A stretch of DNA of 64,000 bases from the human T2T-CHM13v2.0 reference genome, Homo sapiens, in the NCBI RefSeq assembly GCF_009914755.1, contig NC_060926.1. The stretch is one strand, 5' to 3'. The notes under the pieces were generated by a model. That model was not told where the DNA came from. It searched no databases and saw only the letters and a program-made list of their open reading frames with translations. Shown here one piece after another: positions 13,389-31,100 of the stretch. Within the stretch, counting starts at the first letter, position 1; each line of letters opens with the position of its first letter. A program made the translations under genes and the position numbers.

Positions 13389-15299
13389 ACTCTGTTAAAC
13401 GCAAGTGACAATGATTCAGGTTGCTTACCATGTGCCCCTCCCCCCATTTTTCTAATTGTTCAAATATTTCAAACATTGTTAAGATGCTGACGTTTTGATT
13501 ACTGAGGTTATTTTAATTACACTTAAACTTTCAAACGTTTAACAACAGCATATAGCTCAGATTTCCAGAGAACAGTGGCAGAATGTCAGGCTGTGGCACA
13601 GTAGGTTGTATCTGATCAGTGAGGGGTTTAATGCTTAGCAGGTGGTATTAACTAACAGATGTTTTTAAATATGCAGGTGTTATGGCAATTTTAATATTTT
13701 TCCACAGATGCAATATTGCTTTCTAAATGCAATTATGTTGCAAACCAATTAATATACCACCAAACAATTAGTAATTGTTACTATAACAATTATATTTATT
13801 TACTATCTTATATGATTTTCTATTTGTTTCTTTTTCATATGTCTTATGTTTTAATCAGACTATAATTTCCTCTTCTTTTATATATGTCACAAAACCTAGC
13901 ACAGCTGAATTAGTCAGGATTCTTTTGCAAGTGGTTGTAAGTATAAAAATTCAGTTCTAACCAGCTTAGGGGATTATTACCTGGGCATATTATGTGACAA
14001 AAGGAAGAGTTGATGAAGCAATACACAAGAGACAGAAAGGATCAGCTGGACCTCAGGAATAACCAGAACTAGAAACTTGAGAGCCAAATGAGTGGGAAGG
14101 GAGAATCATCGCTCTATAAAAGGGGGTAGTATTTCCCAAGGAAGCGACCAGTGAAGGTTCTGGGAAGGCAAAAGAAAAAATAAAAATAATAATAAATGAC
14201 AGAGGTGGGATTTGAGCTGAGATGGTCCAACTCCAGTGCCTGAACTCCAAGCACAGTGCCTGCCAAGCCCACCATCACTGATAACCCTTATTGTATTAGT
14301 CAAATAACTGTAATCCTGTCTAATCTTATAGAAGACATAATTATGGAGTTCAAAGACCAGATGGGAGTTTTTTTTTTTTAACAATCTCTTGAAGTTTGTT
14401 CTACATCTAGAGTCCTGTGATTAACTAAGAAACAAGCTAAATAAGGGAAGTTAGGGTATCTGGATATTTCCACTTCCCACCTCCAACCTCTCCTCCCAAC
14501 ACCCACGTGCATGGCCACATACTCAGGTGCTGGGAACACCCCACACTGAAGTAGCATGCACAATCCCCATCACTTGTCTAAATGTATAGGAGGTATTTTT
14601 TGACATTAAGAAATCCCAATGCCCTTAAATTACAAAATATAATGAGATTTCCTACTAATGATGACTGGTCTGGCTCCAAGCTGCTGTTGGGATCATGTGA
14701 TTGGCTTGGCAGAGTGACCGTTATTTTCTTGCTTGTCCCACGTTATGTTTTACAAAATGTCATTCTTGAATAATCAGAGGACTTATAATACTGACAAGTA
14801 AGAACTAATAAACAGTGGAATAGAATGTGTGCTCTAGAGGAAAATCAGACGACTGATTGAAAAACAAAGCACAATTCCCAAAGATCAAATTGTCACTTAA
14901 AGTGCAATATACTATTTGAGAACATCCTAAAAAGTGGGAATAAAGAAAGTATGGGGAGTTCCATAAGTAGACTAGGAAACAGCGAATAAACTTACATTTT
15001 TTTTTGAGGGGAAAAGATGCTATTATGTTATAAGGTTCAGAAAATCTGACCAGTGTTTTATGGAAAATAATGTGCAGGAAATTCCCCCCTCTTCCTTTAC
15101 TAGTTCCTTGGGTTACACATAGACATTCCAAAGATGGTAGTTAAGTGTCAGTTTCAGGGACCGTCTGGTAAAGCAGTGTTCACAGACTGGGTGTCCAGAC
15201 ATGGGACTGGGTTATGAGGCGGAGTAGAAGGCTCTTGAGAGCAGCAATATGCCAGGAGTTAGTGTTACGAATCCAACAGGTCTTGTTCTAACGTAGGCA

Positions 15300-15807
15300 A
15301 CATTATTACTTGTCTGTGGATGCATAAAAAGTGACCCCATAATTTTGCAGCTTAAAACAACAAACATCTATTATCCTACACTTTCTGGGTTTGCAAGAGT
15401 CCGGGGGCATTCAGTTGGGTGGTTCTGGATCAAGGTCTTTCATGAGGTTGCATTTAAGCTGTTAGCTGGGGCAGCAGTTTCTGATGGCTCCATTGGGGCT
15501 GGTGCATGTGCCGCCAAATTCACTCACATAGGTGATGGCAGGTCTCAGTTTCTCTGTGTCTGTTGGCTGTAGGCTTCAGTTTTTTGCTATGTGGGCCTCA
15601 CCACATGACGTGGCAGAGATGGAAAGAGAGGAGGAACATGCACTCAAGACAGAAGCTGCAGTCTTTGTAACCTCATCTCGGAAGTGACATGTTATAGTTT
15701 CTACCGTGTGCTGTTGCACTGTGGGAGAGGACTGACTACCCGAGGGACTACACTGATGACCAGGAGGCAGGGATTGTTGGGGGCCAAGTTGGAGCCTGGG
15801 TACTACA
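15300..15807 (-). mobile_element. MaLR LTR (MLT1F/G-like)
   Basis: cagcttaaaacaacaaacatctattatc...gggtggttctggatcaaggtctttcatgaggttgca; subfamily uncertain. Confidence 0.6.
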
Positions 15808-15973
15808 GGCACAAAAGTATCCATTAAGATTGTTCTCCCTCAGAAATGCCAGGTCAAATCTGAAATATTCCTAACAAGAAAGCCCAAGAGAATAGACATA
15901 TTTTGGTTTGAATAAACGACATTTTGTATGTGTATGTGTGTGCATGTGATCATTGCTCTACAAATATTTAAAA

Positions 15974-16513
<540 letters not shown>

Positions 16514-17609
16514 CAAATTTTGAACAAATTTTGTAATATTAAGTATCTCTAACATATTAAACCAATGTTTCATAAACTGTTTAAACAGAACATCGATCTC
16601 ACAAGAATTATTAGGTGTTCCACGAGAAATGATGTGTGGTCAAGTAACTGTGGGAAATCCAAAATTTAAAAATATTAACATATATGTTTGTATACATATG
16701 TATGTGTACACACACACACAACTAGAACTTTCTAGAGCTTTTAGCTTGATACAGTAAACAATACAGAAAACAATGCAATGTTTTCTAAATGTTTTTCAAC
16801 TGCCAAAACCCATTCCTCAAAACTAATGTTAATATCACTGAGGGCACTTGTGTTCCACCAACTCCTGTTCCCATAAGTATTGAGATGTGTTGCATTAGAT
16901 ACATACCATACATATTTCCTGTTATGTGCCACTTGTTGAGAGTATAGAACAGATGCACACCATCTACTATTAATCTTGAAATAAGCATAATCAACCTGTA
17001 TCTTGCTGTAATTATGTGTTATAAACTTAGGGGTATCATGACCTCTGCTCATTGTGAACTCCTTCTTCTCCTTCCTCTGAAGACCCAGCCATCTTTGGTG
17101 GGATGAGGGCAGGAAGAACAATGGAAGCAACAGACAGCTACAGTCCTCAGCAACTGAGGCCCACTCAGGAAATCCACCAAGACAATGAGTCCCTGGGTCC
17201 TTTCTTGAAGCAATATAAATTCATTAACCCTGGTCATGACTAGAAAAGTGGAAGAAAAAATAGGCATATGACAAGACCAAGATGTTTCCCAGCTGAGAGA
17301 GGGGGTTTGCAATACCCCCTTTTATTCACCCACTTTTATGGTGGCAGAACCATTCTCTTACTCATTTGCACTGGCTGTCTGGTCTTGCCCTATTTCACGC
17401 AGTCTTAGTGGAAATGCTGAACACAGTGCTTTGTGCTGGCTGTCACTCAGGAAAAAAGTAGTATGGAGATGAGTCAGCCAGTGACAGGGTCATAAGGAGA
17501 TTGTGTATGTTTTCATGAGGGGAGCTGGGAGCTGTGGGCTGTCAAGGTTCTTGTGCGTTCTGAGGTCTGGGCATTCTATTTGAATAATGGCAGCTTTCCA
17601 ATATCCTTC

Positions 17610-17741
17610 TTTTATTTTTTCTTTTTTTTGGAGATGGGGGTCTCACTATGTTGCCCAGACTGGACACGAACTCCCCAGCTCAAGTGATCCTCCAGCCTCC
17701 CAAGTAGCTGGGACTACAGGCACATACTATTCTATCCAGCT
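17610..17741 (-). mobile_element. Alu monomer (FLAM-like)
   Basis: gagatgggggtctcactatgttgcccagactgg...gtagctgggactacaggc. Confidence 0.75.
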
Positions 17742-18495
17742 CAGTATCCTTCTAATAAATACTTTTTATTGTTTAAGTAAGTCAGAGTCAATTTTCCTTT
17801 CTGGCAATCAAATAATTACAGTAGAGTTGGGGTCAGGGGGTGCAGTATAATCAGATAATATATACTAAGATTTTAACAGTAACAGTTGTTTTCTAAAATT
17901 GTTCTTGTCTATATTTTCTACAATGAATAATGAATATGTATTATTTTTATACTATCAAATGAAAGGATAATAAAGCTACTTTTACCAGGATCGAAGACAG
18001 AGATAAAACCAGGCACCTGGGATTTGTTGATTACCACAATTGAGCCTTGAATTTGGCTCGAAGGTTCCTGGGAGTTAAGGAGAAAACTTGGGACAGGAAA
18101 CATATGGGTTATTTAGTCTGACAAAAAGAAGAAAACTTATTTTGCTAAAGAGACGAGGTTTTTCCTGGCACTGAATTTAAGGAGAAATCTTGTACACGTG
18201 TGGGTTCTTGTATAAGACACATAGAGTAACTTAACGGCTATTATCTTGAAATGTGGTTTTACAAAAGACAGAGTGTTCTTCAAATGGATTTTTATATTAG
18301 TATGGTATAAAAACTAAGAGACTCACAGTAAATCTTAACATAATGAAGGTATCTATGCAAGAGACCAAAATAATAAGGTCAGATAAATTTCATTCTTCAG
18401 GTACCAACCAAATGCAGGGAAATCCCAGCTCTTACTTTCACTTACCTTAAAGCCTGACTTCTTGCAATGTAGATCCAGTTCACAACATTCTTCTT

Positions 18496-18793
18496 CTTTT
18501 TTTTTTTTTTTTTGAGATGGAGTCTCACTCTATCGCCCAGGCTGGAATACAGTGGTGCCATCTCGGCTCACTGCAACCTTCGCCTCGAGGGTTCAAGCGA
18601 TTCTCCCACCTCAGCCTCCTGAGTAGCTGGGATTACAGGCACATGTCACCAAACCAAGCTAATTTTTGTATTATCGGTAGAGATGGGGTTTCACCATGTT
18701 GGTCAGGCTGGTCTCGAACTCCTGACCTCGTGATCCGACCACCTCGGCCTTCCAAAGTGGTGCAATTACAGGCGTGAGCCGCTGCACCCGGCC
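18496..18793 (-). mobile_element. Alu (AluS), full length
   Basis: Dimeric body; TSD cacaacatt(c/a)ttctt. Confidence 0.92.
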
Positions 18794-19249
18794 AACACAA
18801 CATTATTCTTCACAAGTGGATATATTTGTGATTAGTTTGTGCACATTCCTCACTGAACAGCAGAAATTTAATCAAACACATCCAGTCGAGTTGGGTCTTC
18901 TTCCCAGTTATCTCTTTTCACCTCTTTCTCATCCCCAAATTTCTATAAATCCTCTCTGATCCAAGTTCATCTCTTGGCCTCAACTAAGGACAATCAAGCT
19001 TTTGCCTACCTTACTTAATAAAAATGTATGGCTTAGTTAGTAGAATAATTTCCATTTATTGTTCTCAAACAAGGCCATTAATGCCTTACCAACCTACCAA
19101 AAAATATTATCTTGGGACTTCTGCTTTTGACATGATGGTGAACCATATAGTCGTAAAGAGCTCTTCTCTTACCAAACAACTTGAACCAACACAAAACCTA
19201 ATTTTTATAATATTCTTGTATCACAGAAAATAGGAAACTTTCCAAAGGA

Positions 19250-19250
<1 letters not shown>

Positions 19251-19284
<34 letters not shown>
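19251..19284. repeat. (AAC)n microsatellite, about 11 units
   Basis: Directly visible perfect repeat. Confidence 0.95.
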
Positions 19285-19426
19285 GACACCCAGTGAGTCT
19301 TAAGTGCCTCTGAGAAGGTAGAGTTGAAGAGGGAGCAAACAAAATTAAGAGATCAACCCTGCAATCCAGAAACTCAGCTGATGGCCAGTGGTAAGATGAG
19401 GGAAGTTGGGGGAAGGGACACGTTTA

Positions 19427-19790
<364 letters not shown>

Positions 19791-21138
19791 TAAATGGTTG
19801 CAGGTTTGTAACGCCCCCAACTCTTTGACGAAGTGAATAAAAATCATCTCTGGAGGAAGAATTCTTGATTTAAGCCCAAACATTTTTCAACTGATGAATT
19901 TCAGCAAAATATCAGTTCATGATCAAAGATCACCAAAACCATATAGAAGAAAAAAGAATAAGATTCCACACAAACAACAAGCAACACACTTAGACCACTA
20001 ATGACTTCAGTTATTAGAACACCAGCTAGGAAATATAAAATATGGATGAAATGTTCAAAGAGAGAGAAGATGAAGCCACAAAGACGAGTTAGGTCATGAG
20101 ACTATAAAATATGCTAAGGTAGCTATAAAAAATAATTTAAAATTCAATGAGACCAGGTAGCAGTAATCCATTTCCAAACAACATTACAGAGCTGGGGAAA
20201 GAATCAACTATCCACCAGCAGTAGAATGAATACATTATGGGCAATAGAATACCGTGCATTATTGAAAATGATCCAACTAGAGCTATATGTTGTAATACGA
20301 ATGCATCTCTCAATACTAAACTAAAGAAACAAGAACTTCAAGAATAAAAATAATAGGATCCTATATATTTCAAAAACAAGTAAATTATGATAACAGTTAG
20401 AGATATTTGTCTGTTTATATGTGCACATAAATGATAAAGGAAATCAAGAAATGATTATCTTGCAATCAAGGTAACTGTAATCACTGGGAGTGAGTGAGGC
20501 AGGGATGTATGAAGGAGAGAGGCACATGGGGTTTCTAGGACACTGGAACTATTCTATTTCTTGACGAGTCGTTACACACATATTCATTTCATCATTTTTC
20601 TTTAAAGTGTTTACACATTTTATGTACTACTCTGTATATGTATCACATGATAAAAGCAAAGAAAAAAGCCAGACCGGGGCCCACACTCCCACCAATGAGG
20701 ATAATTGTGTTGTTCTTATCTGACCACATCCATCAGTAAGCAATATATCACAGCTACCTCTCAAAAAAACAAAAAACAGCCAAAAACAAATGAAAAAGTA
20801 CAGAAAATTATTAGAATGGATTGTACTGCAATTAAGAATGCTTGTTCATCAAAGACACCATAAAGGAGAGAAAAGACAATCTACAGAGTGTGAAGAGGTA
20901 TTTATAAAAATTCTAGAAAAGTCAGATATACACTAAGAGCTCAGTTGGGGTAAGTAACTACCTCATTCTAGGTGCCTGATGCCATCTCTGTCTCTAATTC
21001 TGCTTGTAAAAATAGTTTTATTATTCTTTCATATTATAAAAATAATATTCATTATTTGTTGTAGGAAATATAGACAAGGAAAATGAAAAGAAAAGCAACT
21101 GTTATTTTTAAAATCTTAGTGTATATTATCTGATTCTA

Positions 21139-21616
<478 letters not shown>

Positions 21617-21950
21617 TCAGGCCACGGAATACACAGGAACCTTGGTGGCCCTCAGCTGTCAGCAACCAAAATCATGGGCAATCTCCCTAGGACCCTTCCT
21701 CAGGTTGTTTTATCTTTAAACAACTTTTGTCCCTGAATGGTTACACTCCAGATCTAAAATCCCAGCAAAGGTGCTTATTAGCGGGCATGGAGCACTGTAT
21801 TAGGAAACCCCCCAAATACTTGGAATGTGACAAGAGCAGGCACCCAGACCAAAGAAGTATGTGTATATTTGGGGGGAAGATTGTAAGGGGACAGTTATTT
21901 CCCCATGAAAACAAGGGAAAATAATGAGCCACCCAAAATAACAAACATAA

Positions 21951-22315
<365 letters not shown>

Positions 22316-22379
22316 TAAGGCAGTGTTTTAAAACTTAATATTTCTCAATATTTCTATGTCCTTAAGGACTCCCTTATAA

Positions 22380-25140
22380 TTATTTTTAGCTTTTATATTG
22401 AAATATACAATACATCCAAAGAGTGCAAAAATTGTAAGGGTATAGGCTGATGAATTCTCACTACATAACTATCACTAACATCAATAAATAAAATAATGTC
22501 CCCCAAACTCTCCTAATCATTACTCACATATTCCTTCCCAAAGATAACCACCAACCTGATGTCTAACATCATGAATTAGTTTTACCTGTTATTGAACTTC
22601 GTGTGAACGGAATCTGTGTGAATTCTTTTGTCTGGCTTCTTTTGATAAGTGTATTTGTTGGATTCATTCCTGTTACTATGTTGGCAGCTGTCTATCCGTG
22701 TATATGATATATAGCCTTTCCATTGAATAAAAATACCATCATTTATTTGGTATATTTATTTACTGTTGAGGGAAAGTAAGCAATTTCTACATTTTAGCTA
22801 GTACAAAGACTACAGTGATGAACTCTATACCATTTTTTTTTTTGGGTGAACATATGGGTGCATTTGCAAATGTTCAGCTTTAGCGAATATTGCCAAATAG
22901 CTTTCCAAAATTGTTTTGCTAATTTACATCCCCCCATCAGTGTACAAGAATTTCCAGTTCCTCCACATTCTTGTCAACATTTGTGATTGCTAATCTTTGA
23001 AATGTTAACCATTTTTGGTGAGTGAGTAATGTTATCTCATTGTGGTTTTAATTTATGTCTAGGTTTTAAATTACATTTCCATAGTGACTAATGGGATTGA
23101 GTCTTTCCCTCATAAATTTAATGGGCCTTTAAAATGTTCTCTTTTGTAAAAAGTACCTGTTTGTGTCTTTTGCAAATTAAAAAAAGTCTATTTTTTCTTA
23201 TTCATTTGTAAGAATTCTTTGTATATTCTGGATATGATTCCTTTGTTGGCTAAATATGTTCCCACTAACTGTTCCCAGTCTGTAACTTGTATTTTCATTC
23301 TCTCAATGATGTCTTTTGATAAACAGAAGTTCCTAATGTTAATATAATTCTATTTCTTAATTTTTTATATTTCTTTTGCTTAACCTAAGTTCTTAAATAT
23401 CTTTCCCCATATTTATTCGTTAAAACTTTTGTTTTCCCCTTTCGCATTTAGATCTAAACACATTTGGAGTTGGTTTTAATCTCACTTTTATCCACTAAAA
23501 AATAAGGTATAATTTATAAGCAGTAAAATATACTGCAGTGAGATGCTCAATTCTGTGAGTTTTAACAAACACATGCAGTTATATAACTACCACCACAATT
23601 GAGACATAGAGCATCTCTATCACCTCCCCAAATACCCTCACGTCTTGTACTCAACTATTTCCCCCATTCTCAGGCCCAAATAACCATTGGTATTTTTACT
23701 GTCTATATTTTTTCTCACCCAGAATGTCATATAAGTGGAATCATACAATACGAGCCTTTGAGGCTGACTCTCTCACTTTTCATAATGCAATTGAGAGTCA
23801 CCCATGTTAGTGTGTATCTTTTTTATTGCTGGATAGTATTCCATAGTGTGGATGTATCATTGTTTATTCATTTACCAGTTGAATTATATTTGAATTGTTT
23901 CTAGTCTTGGACAATTATAAATAAAGACACTATAAACATTCATGTCTATTCATAGCATTTTAGATTAGCTTTACTTATCATTTAATTTGGATAAATACAT
24001 AGAAGTGGAATTCTTGGGTAATGTGATAAGTATATGTTTAACTTGATAAGAAATTACCAAATTATTTCCTAAAGTGGCTGTGCCATTTCATATTTTAACC
24101 AGCAACATATGAGTTTTCCAGTTGTTCCACATCCTCACCAGTACTTGGCATTATCAGTTTTAAAATTTTAGCTATGCTAGTAGATGTGCAATAGCATCTC
24201 ATGATTTTAATTTGCATTTCCCTAATGACTAATGATGTTGAACATCTTTGCATGTGCTTATTTTGTCACATATATATCTTCTTTGGTGAAGTATTTACTA
24301 GTTTCCCATTGCTGCTGTAACAAATGACCACAAAGTTAGTGGCTTTAAAAAACATAAATGTATTATCACACGGTTTGGAGGTTGGAAGTCCTAAAACAAA
24401 GTGTTGGCAGGGCTGTGTTCGTTCTGAAGGCTTGAGAGGACAATCAATTTCTTTGCCTTTTTCTATTCTTCAGAGGCCACCTGCATTCCTTGGCTCATGG
24501 ACTGAGTCAGCAGCATATTATCTTCCAATCCCTCTCTGCTTCCATCATCACATTGCCTTTTCCTGACCTTGACCCTCCTTCCTCTCTTTGATAAGAACGC
24601 CCATGACTACATTAGGCCCACCTGGATAATACCTGCCTCAAGATCCTTAACTTAGTTACATTTACAAAGCCCCTTTTGTCATGTATGGTAACATCTTCAC
24701 AAGTTCCAGGGTTCAGGTGTGGACAACCCTGTAGATGGAGAGGCATCATACAATCTACATAAAGTGCTTTTTCCATTTATTTTGCCCAGTTTTGTACTGG
24801 GTTGTTTGTGTTTTATTATATAGTTTTAGAGTTCTTCATATATTCTGGATTCAACCCAGAATGTGATTTGCAACTATTTTCTCCCAATTTATGTCTTGTC
24901 TTTTCATCTTCTTGATGATGTTTTTCAAGGAGCAGAAGTTGTTCATTTCGAAGGATTTCAATATTTCAATTTGTTTTTCTTATTGATCATGAGTTTGTTG
25001 TTGTATCTGACAAACCTTTGGTAACCTAAGGTTGCAACGATTTTTTCCTGTTTCTTTCTTCTGCAAGTTTTCTAGTTTTAGCATTTATATTTAGAGCTAT
25101 TATTCACTTTTAGCTAATTTTTGTGTACGATGTAAAGCAT
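22380..25140 (-). mobile_element. Cluster of old L1M (L1MB/ME-like) 3' fragments
   Basis: T-rich antisense L1 motifs, e.g. tatctcattgtggttttaattt and ttgcatttccctaatgactaatgatgttgaacatcttt. Confidence 0.7.
24293..24760 (-). mobile_element. MaLR LTR (MLT1C/D-like) inserted in L1M
   Basis: tagtttcccattgctgctgtaacaaatgaccacaaagttagtggctt...attaggcccacctggataat. Confidence 0.7.
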
Positions 25141-25198
25141 GGATCTTTTTCAGGACTTTGAATCTTGAATAAATGATGCAAAGACTAAAACATAGTTA

Positions 25199-26385
<1,187 letters not shown>

Positions 26386-28018
26386 AAGGAAAAAAAGACA
26401 TGTTTTGTTTCTCTGATACTCAAGGCAACTATACTGAAGATAACAATTTTATGTTCAACAAAACAAAAAATGCCTAAGCAAACAAAATCCTCAAATAATA
26501 ACAACAAACAAAAACACCTTCCTTAGAAACCAGTATGAGATGATAAATATGCATTTCTCTACCACATCCAAACATTTTAAATTAAAGGATTTATTACAGG
26601 CACGGAAAAAAAAATGTGACTGACATTGTACTGCTTATTTGAGGAGTTATGTGAGAAAACTTGAGCTGAACAGTATGATTTTTATTTATCCTTATGATGT
26701 CTAGATTGACAGATAGACTAATGTCCTAGAATATTGTTTTTTGGGCCCATCCCCTGTTTATATGTCTCTTCTCATGTTCCCATAGTGAAAAGAGATCTTC
26801 CCTATAACTATATTCTAATATTAAGTTCTTATTTGGTGGAAATTTGAGAGAGAATTAAATATGAGTTCTTAAAACACTCTGGACCTCTAAATGGTTACAC
26901 TCTATTTTTTATGTTTACCTTTGCCTTTATTATACTGTGCATTATGCTTATTTTATTAGTGGTGACATAAGAATTTCCATGAATAATTTCTGAATGAGCA
27001 CTTGCAAATGCTAACTACTACAGAATCAGAGATGAGAGAACATGAGCCTTGGTACTAGATGGACCTGGGTTTCAATCCCAGCTTTGACATTTATTAGACT
27101 TTACAGAGGTTCTTAGCCTCTTTATGTCTCAATTTACCCTTCTGCAAAATGGAGATGTTACCTTCCTGGGATGCACAGATTAGGTGCTCTATAAATATGG
27201 CTCTATAGAGGAGGACATGGGGGTTGAGAAGAGACAGAATTTGCATTCTCAAGGGCATTTACCGAAGAGCATTCTGGAGTGAATCCTAAGGGATGAATCT
27301 GACTTGCTTTTTGCCTGCTTTTTTGTAGCCGTGACAAACTATGTGTTCCTCCCCTACTGCCTGCCTGCCTCTGCTGTTACCATGGCGATCCAGGTTCATT
27401 TTAGGAGTCTGTGACAGGACAGATTGGCTTTTGCAATTTGTAAAAATCTCACTCTCTAAAAATAAGGACCAGGCAGCCAGGGTGGCAGTAACAACACGGT
27501 GTTGGGTAGATTTTCTGCCACCTCTCAGCTACACGGTAGTAGTGGAGAACCTATTGTCAGCTTGGCATGCTGCTGGATTCTGGATCTCTGGGTTTATCTG
27601 GGGCATAGTCAACTGACTGATAAATTATAGCAGTTAAAGATTACCATTAGCTTTTCAGTTTCCCTCCCTTCAGTTTCTTTTTTTACACCGCGTGCCCTCA
27701 TGTTCCGCCCCTTTCTAGTATCAAACACCTGCTCTCAGATCATTCATTCTTACCAAGTAGACACAGTAGAAGTCACTTAGTGGGCAATAAACATAGAGAT
27801 TCCTATAAATTGATTTAAGAAAACTTTTTATTATGGAAAATTGCAAACATGAAAAAGTAGACTGAACTCATCACCCAACTATAAGAATTACCAATTCATG
27901 ACCAACGCACATTCCCATGCAATTTCACTCTTGCCTATATTTTTGAGCAAATCTCAAAAATTGTTATTCCTTAGTTCATAAATATTTCAATAGAACCTCT
28001 AAAAGATGAGAGTTGGGT

Positions 28019-28044
28019 TTGTGTGTGTGTGTGTGTGTGCGTGT
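28019..28044. repeat. (TG)n microsatellite
   Basis: Directly visible. Confidence 0.9.
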
Positions 28045-30171
28045 ATGTTTTTAACACGACCACAGTACTATTTAAATTGACCTTGGAGATGGTCTTTATC
28101 ACTCTTGGAGGAGTTTTAAAGAAAAAAATTATTTTCTTGCGCTTCTTCTAGTGAAGGTTTAAAGGCTGCAAGAACTTCCCTCCTGTAACAAACAACTAGA
28201 AAATTGAAAAAGTATATATAACAAGTGTTTTCAGACAGTGGACAACAGGCAACATAGGACTGTGAAACCTGGGAGGAGGGAAACCAATAAGGTGAGCCCT
28301 GTGATGGTTGCAGCTCACTGTCAGGAGCCAACTCAGGGCCACCGGGCAGGAAGGAGAACTGAAACAGAGCCTGGCCGACTCACCAAATTAAGGAAGAAGC
28401 AATCAGGGTTAGGGGGGTCCTGGCTAGGATTTGCAGGGCGGAATATCAGTGAGGAAGGGAGGGCAGAGGCAAGGACCTTGCCTTTTTTCACATAACAATG
28501 TATTCATTCATTCATTCATTCTTCGTTTAAAGATTATTTAGAGAGTTCCTCATATGTGCCAGGTCCTGTTCTAGATGCTGGGGTTGCAGCCTACCTAATG
28601 ATGTATTGTCCATCACCAGCAGTAATTCCAGGTATCATACTGGGCATTCAACCAGTAAGACACAATGGGATTGAGTCTAACACTAAGTTTACTCTGTAGA
28701 TGGGAAACAGCATGCAAACGTCTTTGATTGCATCAGTAGTCCCAAAACTACTTTCTGGGAATGCAGTTACCATGAACCAGGTCAAGGTATGTGTAACTTA
28801 TTTTGAAACAGAAAATGTACTTCCCTAATACTCCACTTGCCTTTTGATATGATTTCAGTTACATAGAGCCAAGATTTAAGTGCCACTTTGCTGCTCTTCC
28901 AGTAAACAAGACAGATAACCAACTCATGGTATGTAATATTTGACATTTATGCAAGGGAATTGTGCTTTCAGAAGGCAATCCCGGGGTCATCTCTCCAAGC
29001 AGGCCTGCGGTTTACCCCTTTAGTCACTGGCATACTTTTGATGGGGATACACACAAACCCAGGTATATCATCAAGACAGTAATGATAAATATTATCATAT
29101 GGTCAATAAAATAGAAAGAGATAGAGGATGATGGAAGGTGCTGCTTTATACCTTAGTGAGGGGAGTCCTTGTGTATTTATCATTTGCACACAGCTAAGTA
29201 CATCCCTAAGACAATTGTTCAAAAGCAGATTTGCTGAGTCAAAGTATATGTGCTTTTATAATTTGGTAAATATTGCCAAATTTCCTGTTGCAGAGTTGCT
29301 CCATTTTGCATTTCTACCAGCAATGTGACTACTCTCCCCTACCTTCATCAACACAAGGTACAATCTAAGTTTTGCATTTGAACCATTTGATATGTGAAGA
29401 ATAGCATCTCATCATTCCGTTGTGCATTCCTTTTATTATAAATTGCATCACACATTTTTCACAAGCTTAAGAATCATTTGAACTCTCTTTCTTGTAAACT
29501 GCCATTTCATGTCCTTTATTCATTTTCTGTTGTCTTTATCATATTTCTCTGTATGAATTCCTAGTACATTAGAGAAATTAACCTTTTGTCCATGATCTGT
29601 AATAACTTTTTTCCAATTTGACATTTGTCTTTTTATTTTGCTTGTGATTTTTTCTCATACGTACTTTTTTTACTTTTATGTAACTTGGTTTATTAATCTC
29701 TCATGGCATCTCCATTATGAAATTATAAAAATAATTTTATCCCATGGTTTTTGGATAGAACTTTCCTGGTATCATTTTTAATGTTTACATTTTTTATCTA
29801 TCTGGAATTATTTTGATATAAATTTACCTTTTTTCCCATTTGATTATCTGTTACAACACCACTATTTATTGAATAATAATTTGATTACATTTCAAAGCAT
29901 ACATATCTACTCTTTATTGGCCACATAGAATATGCACACTGTAGGGCTTTGTCAAAAACTATAACCTCAAAACTATTGATGCTCAAGTTTTATCCTAGTA
30001 ACGAACTATCAAAATGATCCCTGAGAGTAGAGTCTTTCAAGTTTTATCCCAATCATTGCGATGAAAAATGATTTATGTGGAGGATTTTTTAAAGGATATT
30101 CATCTGACATTTGTGTGCCTGTGTGTTTATTTCTTCTTATTTTTCCAATTACAGTTTTGAAAGACAGATGA

Positions 30172-30549
<378 letters not shown>

Positions 30550-30859
30550 TGAGGCTCCCAGTCTGGGCCTTTTTCAAGTTGAGCATTTACTTCCTTACTT
30601 AGGATCTGTTGAGAGATTTTTTTAAATGGCTATACAAAATCTAAGACTGCATTTATTATAGAGATATTTTATTCAGTGCCTTCTACATGAAATACACAGG
30701 AAGCAATTTTTTTCCCTAAGAATGAAGAGTCAAAGAAGCTTTGTTTATCCTGTGGAAATGTGGCTCTTTTGGGGAGTTGATGTTAATTTAATGATTGATT
30801 TCTTTTGGCTGCCAAACAACACAGCCTAGGGGCGTAGGCATGCTGGGTGTTGTTTGAAG

Positions 30860-31100
30860 CTTGCAGGCTCTAGAGTGGGGCAGACATGGATCAAGTCCCT
30901 ACTGTTACCCAAATAAGCTGAGTTGCTTTGGGCAAGTTATTTAACTTCTCTGTCCCAGCTGCCTTATGTGTAAGACAGGAATAATAATAATGATAGCTGC
31001 CTTATTAAATTGGGAGGATTAGATGAGATTAAAAAATAAGTAAAAGGTTTAGCACAATGCCAACATATAGTAAGCATTCAATATACATTAGCTGTTACTA
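30860..31100 (+). mobile_element. MIR
   Basis: Core ttgggcaagttatttaacttctctgt...ggaataataata...agcacaatgccaacatatagtaagcattcaata. Confidence 0.75.

Noticed and set aside
19285-19396. Possible exon ending in donor gtg|gtaaga after the (AAC)n repeat
   Set aside because: There is no polypyrimidine tract before the candidate acceptor; an isolated donor motif is not enough.
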